64,000 bases of DNA from an uncultured delta proteobacterium (lineage in GTDB: Bacteria > Myxococcota_A > Polyangia > Polyangiales > Polyangiaceae): positions 192,001 to 256,000 of the forward strand of contig CAVOKF010000005.1 of the NCBI GenBank assembly GCA_963696385.1, given 5' to 3'. The position numbers and the translations under genes are program-made. The notes beneath the pieces were generated by a model, which saw only the letters and a list, made by a program, of their open reading frames with translations, was not told the DNA's origin and did not search any database. Of this stretch, positions 30,012 to 43,236 are shown one piece after another (the first letter of the stretch is position 1; every line of letters begins with the position of its first letter).

Positions 30012-30380
30012 ATGATCCAGATGCGAACGATACTCGAGGTCGCCGACAACTCGGGTGCCAAGCGGGTCCAATGCATCAAGGTGCTTGGCGGATCGCGGCG
30101 ACGCTATGCCGAGATTGGCGACGTAATCGTCGTGTCGATCAAGGAGGCCTTGCCCGGAATGAAGGTCAAGAAGGGCGAAGTCGCACACGCGGTCGTCGTT
30201 CGTATGCGCCATCAGACCTCGCGCGCGGACGGAAGCTACATTCGCTTCGATGAGAACAGCGCGGTTCTCGTCAACAAGGAGCACGAGCCGATCGGGACTC
30301 GCATCTTCGGTCCCGTCGCCCGCGAGCTGCGTGCGAAAAAATTCATGAAGATCATCTCGCTCGCCCCGGAGGTCCTGTGA
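30012..30380 (+). CDS. rplN: 50S ribosomal protein L14
   Basis: [19 protein letters not shown]. Confidence 0.98.
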   Translation: MIQMRTILEVADNSGAKRVQCIKVLGGSRRRYAEIGDVIVVSIKEALPGMKVKKGEVAHAVVVRMRHQTSRADGSYIRFDENSAVLVNKEHEPIGTRIFGPVARELRAKKFMKIISLAPEVL

Positions 30381-30709
30381 TGGCCGAGAGAATCCTCACC
30401 GGCGACACCGTCGTCGTCATCAGTGGAGAAGACGCCGGGAAAACCGGCAAAGTCATTCGATTGTTCCGCGAAGAAGGCCGGGTGCTCGTCCAGGGAGTGA
30501 ACCTCGTGAAGCGCCATACGAAGCCGACGCCGCGAAACCCGTCGGGTGGCATCGTTGAGCGTGAGCAACCGTTTCATGTCTCCAACGTAATGCCGGTGGA
30601 CCCAAAGTCCGGGAAGGGAACACGGGTTCGGTTCAAGGTGCTCGAGAACGGCAACAAGGTTCGAATTGCGGTCAAGAGCGGGGAAGAACTCCCCGTTCCG
30701 TCGGAGTAA
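30380..30709 (+). CDS. rplX: 50S ribosomal protein L24
   Basis: [12 protein letters not shown] motif, HVSNV. Confidence 0.95.
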   Translation: MAERILTGDTVVVISGEDAGKTGKVIRLFREEGRVLVQGVNLVKRHTKPTPRNPSGGIVEREQPFHVSNVMPVDPKSGKGTRVRFKVLENGNKVRIAVKSGEELPVPSE

Positions 30710-30714
30710 CGCCC

Positions 30715-31410
30715 ATGGCGGATGAGAAGAAGGCCAAAAGCGAGAAGCGCGATCCGTCGAAGCAAAGTGGCAAGGCGGGCAAGGGCGGGGGTCGAAAGGG
30801 CAAAGGAGGGGTGGGGGCCGTTTCGGCCGGCAGTGCGCAAATCGCTGCGTCGACGACGGAAGGGATCGCTCCGCGCCTGTTCGAAAAATATCGCGAGCAC
30901 GTCATTGCGGCCTTGACCAAGCAGTTCCAATACAAGAACCAAATGCAGGTGCCGCGCCTCGAAAAGATCGTCATCAACATGGGCTTGGGGGCGGCGGTCG
31001 CCAACCCGAAGATCATCGACACGGCAGTGGAAGAACTGAAGACGATCAGCGGTCAGAAGCCAGTCGTAACGCGTGCAAGGAAGGCGATCGCCAATTTCAA
31101 ATTGCGCGCCGGCATCCCGATCGGGGCCATGGTCACGCTGCGGCGCGGCCGGATGTGGGAGTTCCTCGACCGGCTCGTCAGCGTGGCGCTGCCGCGGATG
31201 CGTGACTTCAAGGGCATCTCCCGGAAGGCTTTCGACGGCAAGGGTAACTACACGCTCGGCCTCAAGGAACAGATCATCTTCCCCGAGGTCGACTACGACA
31301 AGATCGATGCAATCAAGGGTTTGAACATCAGCTTCGTGACGACGGCAAAGACCGACGAGGAAGGGCGCGCGCTGCTCCAGCAGCTTGGGATGCCCTTTCG
31401 CGCAGCCTGA
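30715..31410 (+). CDS. rplE: 50S ribosomal protein L5 with basic N-terminal extension
   Basis: [19 protein letters not shown]. Confidence 0.97.
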   Translation: MADEKKAKSEKRDPSKQSGKAGKGGGRKGKGGVGAVSAGSAQIAASTTEGIAPRLFEKYREHVIAALTKQFQYKNQMQVPRLEKIVINMGLGAAVANPKIIDTAVEELKTISGQKPVVTRARKAIANFKLRAGIPIGAMVTLRRGRMWEFLDRLVSVALPRMRDFKGISRKAFDGKGNYTLGLKEQIIFPEVDYDKIDAIKGLNISFVTTAKTDEEGRALLQQLGMPFRAA

Positions 31411-31439
31411 CGGTCGCTGACGGGACAGAGGAAAGAACG

Positions 31440-31625
31440 ATGGCGCGTGCTTCTCAGTTTGCGAAACTCAATCGCCGGCCCAAGTTCGTCGTGCGGCACC
31501 GCAACCGGTGCAAGGTGTGCGGCCGCCCCCGAGCTTATTATCGAAAGTTCGAGCTTTGTAGGATTTGCTTTAGGCTGCTCGCGCTCCGAGGCGAGATCCC
31601 TGGTGTGATCAAGGCGAGCTGGTGA
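31440..31625 (+). CDS. rpsN: 30S ribosomal protein S14, type Z
   Basis: [24 protein letters not shown]. Confidence 0.96.
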   Translation: MARASQFAKLNRRPKFVVRHRNRCKVCGRPRAYYRKFELCRICFRLLALRGEIPGVIKASW

Positions 31626-31629
31626 CCTC

Positions 31630-32025
31630 ATGATGACCGATCCGATCGCGGACATGCTCACGCGTATCCGCAATGGCACGATGGCCCGACACGAGCGTGT
31701 CGAGATGCCGCACTCCAATCTCAAGGAGCGCGTGGCAATCGTGATGAAGGGCGAGGGCTATCTCGACGACGTTCGCGCGAGCGAAGGTGAGGACCCGAAA
31801 GTGCTCACCCTGATTCTACGTTACGGTCGTGACCGACAATCGGCGATCGACGGCCTACGTCGCGTCTCGACCCCGGGCCGTCGGGTCTACGTGCGACACG
31901 ACCGCATCGCGCGCGTATGCTCGGGAATGGGAATTTCAATTCTCAGCACGAGCCGAGGCGTGATGACGGACCGCGAAGCACGCCGTCAGCGGGTCGGAGG
32001 CGAGTTGCTTTGCGAGGTTTGGTGA
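31630..32025 (+). CDS. rpsH: 30S ribosomal protein S8
   Basis: DPIADMLTRIRN, STSRGVMT. Confidence 0.97.
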   Translation: MMTDPIADMLTRIRNGTMARHERVEMPHSNLKERVAIVMKGEGYLDDVRASEGEDPKVLTLILRYGRDRQSAIDGLRRVSTPGRRVYVRHDRIARVCSGMGISILSTSRGVMTDREARRQRVGGELLCEVW

Positions 32026-32030
32026 GCGCC

Positions 32031-32639
32031 ATGACGACCGTCAATCAGACTGAGCCTCAGGGGTTCCCGGGCATTCGCCAGTCGCGAACCGGCAAACGGC
32101 CAATCCCGCTCCCCAAAGGCGTCAGCGCGACGCTGAAGGAGAGGTCAATCGAGATCCGCGGTCCGAAGGCCACTCTTGCTCGCAACGTGCCCGATCACGT
32201 GAGCGTCGAGGTGGACGCGGCGCACATTCGCGTCGCACCGACGGTTCCGGGACGAGACGGGGCTCGCTTTCAAGGGCTCGCACGGGCTCTGCTAGCAGGA
32301 ATGGTGACCGGGGTTGCCGACGGCTACACGAAGACGCTTCAGCTCGTCGGTACCGGCTACCGCGCGGAGGTCAAGGGCCAGGTGTTGAACCTCAGCCTGG
32401 GGTTTTCCCACCCGATCGCTTTTCCACTTCCCAAGGGGATAAAATGCGATATCCCCGGCGATTCGAAGGGGACCATCGTGATCCTTACCGGATCCGACAA
32501 GGAAGTCATCGGGCAGACGGCCGCGAAAATCCGCGCATTTCGGCCACCGGAGCCTTACGGCGGCAAGGGCGTGCGGTATCAAGGCGAAAAAGTGCGCGAA
32601 AAGGCCGGCAAGGCGGCGAAGGCCGGCGGAGGAAAGTGA
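32031..32639 (+). CDS. rplF: 50S ribosomal protein L6
   Basis: LGFSHP, RPPEPYGGKGVRY. Confidence 0.96.
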   Translation: MTTVNQTEPQGFPGIRQSRTGKRPIPLPKGVSATLKERSIEIRGPKATLARNVPDHVSVEVDAAHIRVAPTVPGRDGARFQGLARALLAGMVTGVADGYTKTLQLVGTGYRAEVKGQVLNLSLGFSHPIAFPLPKGIKCDIPGDSKGTIVILTGSDKEVIGQTAAKIRAFRPPEPYGGKGVRYQGEKVREKAGKAAKAGGGK

Positions 32640-32642
32640 CCC

Positions 32643-33002
32643 ATGGCGATGCGTATCGTGGGGCGCGAACGCAGAAAGCTGCGTATTCGCCGGCGGATCA
32701 GCGGAACTTCGGAGCGACCGCGTCTGAGCGTATTTCGCAGCGCGAAGCACATTTACGCGCAGGTAGTAGACGACGTGGCCGGCACGACCGTTGCCCACGC
32801 GTCGACGCTCTCGCGCGGCGTTCGGAGCGAGGTCGCCGAGGATCGCAAGCTCGACGCGGCAAAGAGAGTCGGCAAGGCCATCGCGAAGCTGCTTTTGGAG
32901 AAGGGGATCGACAAGGTGGTCTTTGACCGCAGCGGCTACTTGTATCACGGCCGGATTCGTGCGCTCGCGGACGCCGCGCGCGAAGCCGGTCTGAAATTTT
33001 GA
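32643..33002 (+). CDS. rplR: 50S ribosomal protein L18
   Basis: [22 protein letters not shown]. Confidence 0.97.
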   Translation: MAMRIVGRERRKLRIRRRISGTSERPRLSVFRSAKHIYAQVVDDVAGTTVAHASTLSRGVRSEVAEDRKLDAAKRVGKAIAKLLLEKGIDKVVFDRSGYLYHGRIRALADAAREAGLKF

Positions 33003-33012
33003 TTGGAGAAAG

Positions 33013-33630
33013 ATGGCGATGGCTGCTTACAACGCTCCGAGGTTTGCCGGTGCGCAGGACTCAAGGTTTTCTGGCGCCGGTGCTCCGGGGCAGCTTCATA
33101 TCGATGAAGAGAAACTCAAGGAGCGCGTCATCTACATCAACCGAGTGGCCAAAGTGGTCAAGGGCGGTCGGCGCTTCAGCTTCAGCGCTCTTGTGGTTGT
33201 CGGGGATGAAGGTGGGCACGTGGGTGTCGGTCTTGGAAAAGCCAATGAGGTTCCCGAGGCCATCCGCAAAGGAAATGACCAGGCGCGAAAGAACGTGTTT
33301 CGCGTTCCGCTCGACGGTGTGACGATTCCGCATCAAACCTTGGGCCACTTCGGTAGTGGCCGGGTATTCCTCAAGCCGGCCTCCGCTGGGACGGGCGTCA
33401 TCGCCGGGGGAGCCGTACGCGCGGTGGTTGAGAGCGCGGGCATTCACGACATTTTGACCAAATGCCTGGGAAGCTCAAATCCTCACAACGTGGTGCGCGC
33501 AACCATCGCAGCGCTTAAGTCGCTCCGCAACCTGGAACAGGTGGCGCAAAAGCGGGGCAAGCAGACCGAGGATCTGATCGAACGCAAGGCGGAGAGAGCG
33601 CCGGTAGTCGCGCTGCCCGCGCAAGCCTGA
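33013..33630 (+). CDS. rpsE: 30S ribosomal protein S5
   Basis: [22 protein letters not shown]. Confidence 0.97.
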   Translation: MAMAAYNAPRFAGAQDSRFSGAGAPGQLHIDEEKLKERVIYINRVAKVVKGGRRFSFSALVVVGDEGGHVGVGLGKANEVPEAIRKGNDQARKNVFRVPLDGVTIPHQTLGHFGSGRVFLKPASAGTGVIAGGAVRAVVESAGIHDILTKCLGSSNPHNVVRATIAALKSLRNLEQVAQKRGKQTEDLIERKAERAPVVALPAQA

Positions 33631-33641
33631 AAGAGAACGCC

Positions 33642-33833
33642 ATGAAGCCCAAAATCCGTGTAACTCAGACGAAAAGCACGATCGGTCAACAGAACGACAT
33701 GCGTTCGACCATCCATGGGTTGGGACTCAGAGGGCCTGGGACCAGCGTGATCGTGGGCAACACGCCGTCGTTTCGCGGCGCGATCAAGAAGGTCATTCAC
33801 TTGCTGCGGGTTGAGGAGGTCGATCATGGCTGA
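33642..33833 (+). CDS. rpmD: 50S ribosomal protein L30
   Basis: KSTIG...LGLR...KVIHLL; synteny. Confidence 0.93.
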   Translation: MKPKIRVTQTKSTIGQQNDMRSTIHGLGLRGPGTSVIVGNTPSFRGAIKKVIHLLRVEEVDHG

Positions 33834-34284
33834 CACATTGAGCAAGCTGGCACCACCCGGCGGCGCGACGGGTCAGAAAACGCGCGTCGGTCGCGGCGTC
33901 GGGTCGGGTCTCGGGAAGACCGCGGGCCGAGGCCAAAAGGGGCAGTACGCGCGCACGCGTGGATTCAAGCCGCATTTCGAGGGGGGGCAGACACCCATTC
34001 AGCGGCGCTTACCCAAGCGCGGTTTTCGCAATGCGTTCCCGACCATCACCGCGTCGGTAAACGTCGGCGACCTTGAGCTCTTCGATGGCGGCGCGAGCGT
34101 CGACGAGAAGGCCCTGGAGCAGCGCGGACTCGTCAAGGGTCGGTTCGACCGAATTAAGATCCTCGGTGACGGGGAGATTACGAAAGCCGTCACCGTGTCG
34201 GCGCACGCATTTTCGAAAAACGCAGCGGACAAGATCGAGAAGGCGGGGGGCAAGATCGTGATCGTCGGACGTACGCCGGCTTAG
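33826..34284 (+). CDS. rplO: 50S ribosomal protein L15
   Basis: [24 protein letters not shown]. Confidence 0.96.
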   Translation: MADTLSKLAPPGGATGQKTRVGRGVGSGLGKTAGRGQKGQYARTRGFKPHFEGGQTPIQRRLPKRGFRNAFPTITASVNVGDLELFDGGASVDEKALEQRGLVKGRFDRIKILGDGEITKAVTVSAHAFSKNAADKIEKAGGKIVIVGRTPA

Positions 34285-34297
34285 CCTCGGCACCCCC

Positions 34298-35638
34298 ATG
34301 TCCGCCCTATCCGCCTTTGCAAATATCGGGAAGGTCCCCGAGCTCCGGAGGAGAATTCTCTTCACTGTCGTCTTGCTCGCGGTTTATCGGATAGGCGTAT
34401 TCGTCACCATTCCGGGCGTGGACCGAACGGTGATGAACGCCGTAATCCACAAGCAAGGCGGTGGTCTGCTTGGTCTCTTCAACATGTTCAGCGGGGGTGC
34501 GCTGGGTAATTTGTCGATCTTCGCGCTTGGCATCATGCCCTATGTGAGCGCGAGCATCATCCTTCAGCTCTTGACGATGGTGTTCAAGCCGCTCGACGAA
34601 CTCCGGAAGGAAGGCGAGCAGGGCCAGCGCAAGATCAATCAGTATACCCGCTACGGCACGATTGCTCTTTCACTCGTTCAAGGCTTCGGCATCGCCATGA
34701 GCCTCGAGGCTATGAACAACGGAGACCTTTCAGACTCGGCGGCGGTGGGGGACGTGGTTACGCACGCCGGTTGGGGCTTCCGTTTGATGAGTATGCTCAC
34801 GCTGACGACCGGAACGGCGTTCATGATGTGGGTTGGTGAGCAGATCACGGAACGCGGAATCGGAAACGGGATATCGCTCCTCATATTCGCTGGAATCGTC
34901 GACGGGATACCGGACGGCATCGCGGGCTACTTCGCAACCAACAAGGGCAACATCCAGCCTCTGAACCTTGCGGCGGTCGTCACGATCGTGCTCGCCACGG
35001 TCGCGACCATCGTTTTTTTTGAGCGCGCGCAGCGCAGAATTCCCATCTATTACGCGCGCCGAACCGTGGGTCGGCGAATTTACGGTGGGCAAACCGCGCA
35101 CCTACCGTTGCGGGTCAATACCAGCGGGACGATCCCGCCGATCTTCGCTTCGTCGTTGCTCATGTTTCCCGCCACACTGGCCAACTTCAAGGTTCCGGGC
35201 ATGGCACAGCTGCAATCGATGCTGCAGCGCGGCGACTGGGCCTTCAACACGTTCTATGTCCTCCTGATTATTTTCTTTTGCCATTTCTACACCGCGGTCA
35301 CCTTTCAGCCGGTCGACGTGGCGGACAATCTGAAAAAACAACAAGCTTTCATTCCGAGCGTGCGACAGGGAAAGCAGACTGCCGATTACATTGATTATGT
35401 GTTGACCCGGATCACGTTCGGTGGATCGCTCTACGTTGCAGTCGTATGCATCGTCCCGAGCATAATCAGCCAGCAGTTCCATGTTCCATTCCGGTGGGGC
35501 GGCACGTCGATCATGATCGTCGTGGGCGTGGCGCTGGATACCGTGAACCAAATCGAGGCCCACCTCATTACGCGCAACTACGAGGGCCTTTCCGGCGCAG
35601 GAGCGCGAACGTCGCGTATCCGTGCGCGAAAGGATTGA
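34298..35638 (+). CDS. secY: Preprotein translocase SecY
   Basis: [35 protein letters not shown]. Confidence 0.98.
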   Translation: MSALSAFANIGKVPELRRRILFTVVLLAVYRIGVFVTIPGVDRTVMNAVIHKQGGGLLGLFNMFSGGALGNLSIFALGIMPYVSASIILQLLTMVFKPLDELRKEGEQGQRKINQYTRYGTIALSLVQGFGIAMSLEAMNNGDLSDSAAVGDVVTHAGWGFRLMSMLTLTTGTAFMMWVGEQITERGIGNGISLLIFAGIVDGIPDGIAGYFATNKGNIQPLNLAAVVTIVLATVATIVFFERAQRRIPIYYARRTVGRRIYGGQTAHLPLRVNTSGTIPPIFASSLLMFPATLANFKVPGMAQLQSMLQRGDWAFNTFYVLLIIFFCHFYTAVTFQPVDVADNLKKQQAFIPSVRQGKQTADYIDYVLTRITFGGSLYVAVVCIVPSIISQQFHVPFRWGGTSIMIVVGVALDTVNQIEAHLITRNYEGLSGAGARTSRIRARKD

Positions 35639-35643
35639 GGCCG

Positions 35644-36267
35644 ATGCGTCTCGTGTTCATGGGGCCTCCCGGTGCGGGGAAGGGAACGCAGGCGAGAATC
35701 GTTGGCGTGAGGTGTGGCATCCCCCAGATCTCGACGGGCGACATGCTGCGGGCGGCGAGGGCGGAGGGCCGGCTGCCGTCGGATCTCGTCGGCCGCATGG
35801 CAGCCGGGGCGCTCGTGCCCGATGACGTGGTGATCCGACTCATCGACGAACGGACCCGGAGGCCCGACTGCGGCGATGGATTTATGCTCGACGGATTTCC
35901 CAGAACCGTTCCACAAGCGACCGCCCTGCAAACTTTGCTCGAGGCGAGCGGGCTCGCGCTCGATCATGTGATCGCCATTGAGCTTCCGCGCTCACTCCTG
36001 ATCGAACGTGCAGTTCTACGCCGGACGGACAAACGCACTGGACAGATTTATCATTTGAAGTATAGCCCTCCTCCCCCCGGGGCAGACCTAGAGCACCGTA
36101 CGGACGACCGCGAAGACGTTGTGGCGAAACGCCTCGACACGTACGAAGAGATGACCGCGGATCTGCTCCCGTACTATCAGGGTCTGGGCATTTTGAGGCG
36201 AATCGATGGGGTGGGGGCAGTAGAAGAGGTGACCGCACGCGTCCTTCATGCGCTCGGTCTGGACTAA
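35644..36267 (+). CDS. adk: Adenylate kinase
   Basis: GPPGAGKGT, ISTGDMLR, LDGFPRT. Confidence 0.95.
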   Translation: MRLVFMGPPGAGKGTQARIVGVRCGIPQISTGDMLRAARAEGRLPSDLVGRMAAGALVPDDVVIRLIDERTRRPDCGDGFMLDGFPRTVPQATALQTLLEASGLALDHVIAIELPRSLLIERAVLRRTDKRTGQIYHLKYSPPPPGADLEHRTDDREDVVAKRLDTYEEMTADLLPYYQGLGILRRIDGVGAVEEVTARVLHALGLD

Positions 36268-36306
36268 ACACTGGTAAGGCAGGACACCGAGGAGATGTCC
36301 AATTGC

Positions 36307-36549
36307 ATGACTGAACGGCGCGAGCGCAAGGAGCCCAAGGGTGACAAGCTGGAATTCGACGGCGCCGTGCAGGAGGCGCTGCCAAACGCCATGTTTCGAG
36401 TCAAATGTGACAATGGTCTCGTCGTTCTCGCGACGATCAGCGGGCGCATGCGCCAATTCTACATTCGGATCTTGCCGGGCGATCGGGTCACGGTCGAGGT
36501 GAGTCCCTACGACCCGAGCCGAGGCCGGATTACCTACCGGCACAAATGA
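36307..36549 (+). CDS. infA: Translation initiation factor IF-1 (alternative start 36295)
   Basis: [26 protein letters not shown]. Confidence 0.96.
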   Translation: MTERRERKEPKGDKLEFDGAVQEALPNAMFRVKCDNGLVVLATISGRMRQFYIRILPGDRVTVEVSPYDPSRGRITYRHK

Positions 36550-36606
36550 ACCGCAATTTTCAGCGGCAAACGAGCCCAGCAATCGAATGAAGGAGTGGAT
36601 TTTTCC

Positions 36607-36720
36607 GTGAAGGTACGACCGAGCGTCAAGAAGATTTGCGAAAAGTGCAAAGTGGTCCGGCGCAAGGGTGTCGTCCGGATCATTTGCGAAAATCCCCGTC
36701 ACAAGCAGCGGCAAGGCTGA
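36607..36720 (+). CDS. rpmJ: 50S ribosomal protein L36
   Basis: Manual translation from [40 protein letters not shown]. Confidence 0.96.
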   Translation: MKVRPSVKKICEKCKVVRRKGVVRIICENPRHKQRQG

Positions 36721-36732
36721 GCGAGAGAACAC

Positions 36733-37122
36733 ATGGCCCGCATCGCAGGTGTCGACCTTCCACGCCACAAGCAGATCGCCTTTGCGCTGCCGTATCTTTA
36801 CGGGATCGGCAGGGCTACGGCGCGCAAGATCTGCGCGGATACTGGTATTCCACCGAACAAGCCGACCGAAGAGCTGAGCGAGTCGGACATCAAGAAAATC
36901 CGTGATTTGCTCGACTCGGACTACAAGGTCGAAGGGGACCTCAGGCGAGAAATCCAGATGAACATCAAGCGGCTCATGGATCTAGGCTGCTATCGCGGGC
37001 TGCGGCACCGCAGGGGACTGCCGGTCAATGGCCAACGGACCCATACCAACGCCCGAACTCGCAAGGGCCCCCGCAAGGGCCTGCTCGCCCGCCCTCGCAA
37101 GCCGGCGACCGGAGCAACTTGA
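36733..37122 (+). CDS. rpsM: 30S ribosomal protein S13
   Basis: [22 protein letters not shown]. Confidence 0.97.
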   Translation: MARIAGVDLPRHKQIAFALPYLYGIGRATARKICADTGIPPNKPTEELSESDIKKIRDLLDSDYKVEGDLRREIQMNIKRLMDLGCYRGLRHRRGLPVNGQRTHTNARTRKGPRKGLLARPRKPATGAT

Positions 37123-37206
37123 ACCCAGGCAGAGAGGGAGCCTTCGACGTAAGCGTCAGCCCGTCGGCTCGTTCTCTCGAGCGCGTCTCCGCAGGAGCTA
37201 ACTGAT

Positions 37207-37635
37207 ATGTCCCAGTCCAAGACAAGTATCCCTCCGCCCGGCGGCGCGGGCGAGGGCGGAAAAAAAGCCAAGAAAAAAGTGAAGAAGAATGTGGCGACCG
37301 GAATCGCTCACATTCAGTCGACGTTCAACAATACCGTCGTCACTATCACGGACGTAAACGGCAACACCGTCGCTTGGTCGAGTTCGGGCTCTCGCGGTTT
37401 CAAGGGCTCGCGCAAGAGCACTCCGTTCGCGGCGCAGCTTGCGGCTGAAGAAGCGGCCCGAAAGGCGATGGAGCACGGGATGCGCTCGATCGCCGTTTTC
37501 GTGAAGGGGCCCGGGGCCGGCCGGGAAAGCGCGCTGCGGGCACTGCAGACGGTCGGGTTCAAAGTCACGCTCATTCGGGATGTGACGCCGGTCCCTCACA
37601 ACGGGTGCCGTCCGCCGAAGCGGCGGCGCGTGTGA
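37207..37635 (+). CDS. rpsK: 30S ribosomal protein S11
   Basis: [27 protein letters not shown]. Confidence 0.97.
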   Translation: MSQSKTSIPPPGGAGEGGKKAKKKVKKNVATGIAHIQSTFNNTVVTITDVNGNTVAWSSSGSRGFKGSRKSTPFAAQLAAEEAARKAMEHGMRSIAVFVKGPGAGRESALRALQTVGFKVTLIRDVTPVPHNGCRPPKRRRV

Positions 37636-37759
37636 ATCGGCTTCCCGGCGCAAGTTTCGCCGGTCTGGGACGAAGCGCCGCTGGCGCGTAAACCAGTTTC
37701 AGGCTCAACCCCCGGCATCAGCGGGTGTGGGCAGAACGAAAGAGACGGAAATAGAAAGC

Positions 37760-38389
37760 ATGGCTCGTTATCACGGTCCCGTTTGCAAGCTCTGTCGCCG
37801 AGAGGGCATGAAGCTTTTCCTCAAGGGTGAGCGCTGCTACACCGAGAAGTGCTCGTACACCCGTCGCCCGTACCCACCCGGACAGCACGGCCAGGCTCGC
37901 GTGAAGCTCAGCGAATACGCAATCCGATTGCGCGAAAAGCAGAAGGTGCGCCGGATCTACGGTGTTCTCGAAAGACAATTTCAAAAATACTATTTTGACG
38001 CAGCGCGCCGAAAGGGAAGGACTGGCGAGCAGATGCTCGGGTTGCTCGAAGGGCGCCTGGACAACGTGGTGCATCGCTTGGGTTTCGCGTTCACACGCGC
38101 CCAGGCGCGCCAAATCGTCCGCCACGGCCACTTGCTGGTCAACGGAAGGCGCGTAGACATTCCCAGCGTGCTGCTGCGTCCGGGCGACAAGATCGAAGTC
38201 AGGCAAAAGAGCCGAGAAATAAAGGAGATCGTCGCTTCGCTCGCTCAAGTCGAGAAGCGGCCGGTCCTGTCGTGGCTCGAGCTGGACAAGGCCAATTTCG
38301 CCGGCACCTTCAAAGGCGCTCCGGTGCGAGAAGAGATGAACGAGCCGGCCATTCGTGAGCAGTATGTCGTTGAGTATTACTCGCGCTGA
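37760..38389 (+). CDS. rpsD: 30S ribosomal protein S4
   Basis: [29 protein letters not shown]. Confidence 0.97.
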   Translation: MARYHGPVCKLCRREGMKLFLKGERCYTEKCSYTRRPYPPGQHGQARVKLSEYAIRLREKQKVRRIYGVLERQFQKYYFDAARRKGRTGEQMLGLLEGRLDNVVHRLGFAFTRAQARQIVRHGHLLVNGRRVDIPSVLLRPGDKIEVRQKSREIKEIVASLAQVEKRPVLSWLELDKANFAGTFKGAPVREEMNEPAIREQYVVEYYSR

Positions 38390-38490
38390 CAATTGAAATG
38401 CCACACGGGCAGGCAACGGGCGCCGCCAGAGAGCGGGTTCGAAGGTGCGCTGGGATTGCCGCGTGAACCTCTGAAGAACAGCGAGAAAGC

Positions 38491-39519
38491 ATGACCACGT
38501 CCACCAACATTGCACGCAACTGGCGCGACCTCATCCGTCCACGCGGAATTCACGTCGAGGGCGAATCGCTCACTGAGTTCTACGGAAAGTTCACGGCGGA
38601 GCCGCTCGAGCGGGGTTACGGCATCACGGTCGGAAACTCTCTCCGACGGATCCTGCTTTCGTCGCTTCAGGGCGCGGCGATTACCGCGGTTCGAATCGAC
38701 GGCGCTCTTCACGAGTTCACGACCGTGAACGACGTCGTCGAAGACGTGACGGACATCGTGCTGAACTTGAAGGAAGTGGTCCTCAAAGCAGCGACGGCAA
38801 AGACGTACACCGTGCGAATCGACAAAGTGGGCCCGGGTGCCGTGCATGCTCGCGACATCCAGCTCGTGGACGGGCTGCAGGTCCTGAACCCGGACCACGT
38901 CGTTGCAACGCTCGACAAGGCCGGACCGCTCGTCCTGGAGCTGACCGTCAGCGTGGGTCGCGGATACGTCCCCGCCGAACGAAACAAGACGGCGGGCATG
39001 TCGATCGGCACGATTCCCATAGATGCGCTGTTTTCGCCCGTCCGTAAAGTCAACTACACCGTGACCAATGCGCGTGTCGGTCAGCAGACGGACTACGACA
39101 AACTAACTCTCGAAGTGTGGACGAACGGAAGCGTGCGACCGCAGGACGCAGTGGCCTACGCGGCAAAAATTCTGAAAGAGCAGCTCTCCATATTTATCAA
39201 CTTCGAGGAGAGCGAGGAGACGCACTACACCCCCTCCGGATCCGAGGAGGAGCCGCTCAACGAAAACCTATTTCGGAGCGTCGACGAACTTGAACTGAGC
39301 GTACGGAGCGCAAACTGCCTGCAGAACGCTAATATTCAGCTCATCGGTGAGCTCGTTCAGCGCACCGAACAGGACATGCTGAAAACCAAAAATTTCGGGC
39401 GTAAGAGTCTGAAGGAAATCAAAGAGATTCTCGCGAACATGGGACTTTCCCTCGGGATGAAGATCGACAACTGGCCGCAGATGCTCGAGCGCTGGAAGCA
39501 GCAGCAGCAGCAAAACTAA
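38491..39519 (+). CDS. rpoA: RNA polymerase alpha subunit
   Basis: [29 protein letters not shown]. Confidence 0.98.
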   Translation: MTTSTNIARNWRDLIRPRGIHVEGESLTEFYGKFTAEPLERGYGITVGNSLRRILLSSLQGAAITAVRIDGALHEFTTVNDVVEDVTDIVLNLKEVVLKAATAKTYTVRIDKVGPGAVHARDIQLVDGLQVLNPDHVVATLDKAGPLVLELTVSVGRGYVPAERNKTAGMSIGTIPIDALFSPVRKVNYTVTNARVGQQTDYDKLTLEVWTNGSVRPQDAVAYAAKILKEQLSIFINFEESEETHYTPSGSEEEPLNENLFRSVDELELSVRSANCLQNANIQLIGELVQRTEQDMLKTKNFGRKSLKEIKEILANMGLSLGMKIDNWPQMLERWKQQQQQN

Positions 39520-39610
39520 TTCTTCGGACGCTAAATCAGCTTGATGCTTCATGTTATTTTTTTGGACCTCCCCCAATTCGATTTTAGCCAGTCATTAGTG
39601 AGGCAACGCC

Positions 39611-40171
39611 ATGCGCCACCGAAACGCAGGTCGCAAGTTCGACCGGAACACCAGCAGCCGGCGCGCCATGCTGCGCAACTTGGCGGCGAACCTCATTCTG
39701 CACGAGCGCCTTGAGACCACGGATGCGAAAGCGAAGGAACTGCGCCGTATAGCGGAGAAGCTCATCACGAAGGCGCGGCGACTGGGCGAGGCGGCTTACA
39801 CGCCGCAGGCCGAGCTGTCGTCGGGCGATCGTGCACGCCGGCTGGCGGCGTCTCGGCTCATTTCGGCCTACGTGCCCCGATTCGGGGTCCGTGCCGAATC
39901 CGGCGGGGAAACCAAGCGTGTCGATCTGGTCGAGAAAGTGCTTGTCGACTTGGCCAGACGCTTCGCGCACCGTCCCGGCGGTTACACCCGTATCGTGAAG
40001 TTCGGCCCGCGCCGCGGGGATAACGCGCCCATTTCACTCATCGAGTTCGTCGAAGAAGGTCGAGCGGGGAGCAGGCCGACGGCACCGAAGGCGACCGAGC
40101 CCGCTGGCGTCGTCAAACAGGCGGCGCAGGTTGCCGCCGCCGAGCCGTCGGAACCTGCGAAGATCGAATAG
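39611..40171 (+). CDS. rplQ: 50S ribosomal protein L17
   Basis: MRHR, KAKELR, RPGGYTRI, RRGDNA. Confidence 0.96.
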   Translation: MRHRNAGRKFDRNTSSRRAMLRNLAANLILHERLETTDAKAKELRRIAEKLITKARRLGEAAYTPQAELSSGDRARRLAASRLISAYVPRFGVRAESGGETKRVDLVEKVLVDLARRFAHRPGGYTRIVKFGPRRGDNAPISLIEFVEEGRAGSRPTAPKATEPAGVVKQAAQVAAAEPSEPAKIE

Positions 40172-40276
40172 CGGCAGCCGTACGGACAATGCCTTAGCCA
40201 GCGCTAGCCGAACGGACGCAGTCTCTTTCCTCGGTGTTTCTGGACTGCCGTCCGGCCGCCCGCTGGCGGCTTGAAT

Positions 40277-40555
40277 TCATTCGACGATTCGGAATTCTGA
40301 GAACTCGCCCGTGTAACTGCGCCAGCGAACGTCGACGTCGTCGACCCGAGCAGCGGAAGGCCCATGTTGCGCCCAAGATATGATTTCTTTGATAGAGTCC
40401 TCCTCACCTTCGGCCAATAGCTCAACGCTGCCGTCCGGACGGTTTCTCACCCACCCAGAGATTCCAAGACGTCGAGCCTCGCGCTGGGTGGCCGCTCGGA
40501 AGAAGGCGCCCGTGACGCGTCCCCGGACGATTATTTGGACTCGTTTTGCCGACAT
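40277..40555 (-). CDS. acyP: Acylphosphatase
   Basis: GRVTGAFFR, GWVRNRPDGSVE, GPSAARV. Confidence 0.9.
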   Translation of the reverse strand: MSAKRVQIIVRGRVTGAFFRAATQREARRLGISGWVRNRPDGSVELLAEGEEDSIKEIISWAQHGPSAARVDDVDVRWRSYTGEFSEFRIVE

Positions 40556-40605
40556 CGTAGCCGCCAGTGTAGACGACGTAGCGAATCGGCGGCGTTCCAG
40601 CAACA

Positions 40606-43190
<2,585 letters not shown>

Positions 43191-43236
43191 TCACCCGGAC
43201 GTGTCCGGCGCCATCGCCTCAGTTTGGCTCCTGCAC

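Noticed and set aside
39520..39610. AT-rich rpoA-rplQ spacer as a promoter or terminator
   Set aside because: No convincing -35/-10 pair and no strong hairpin followed by a U-tract.
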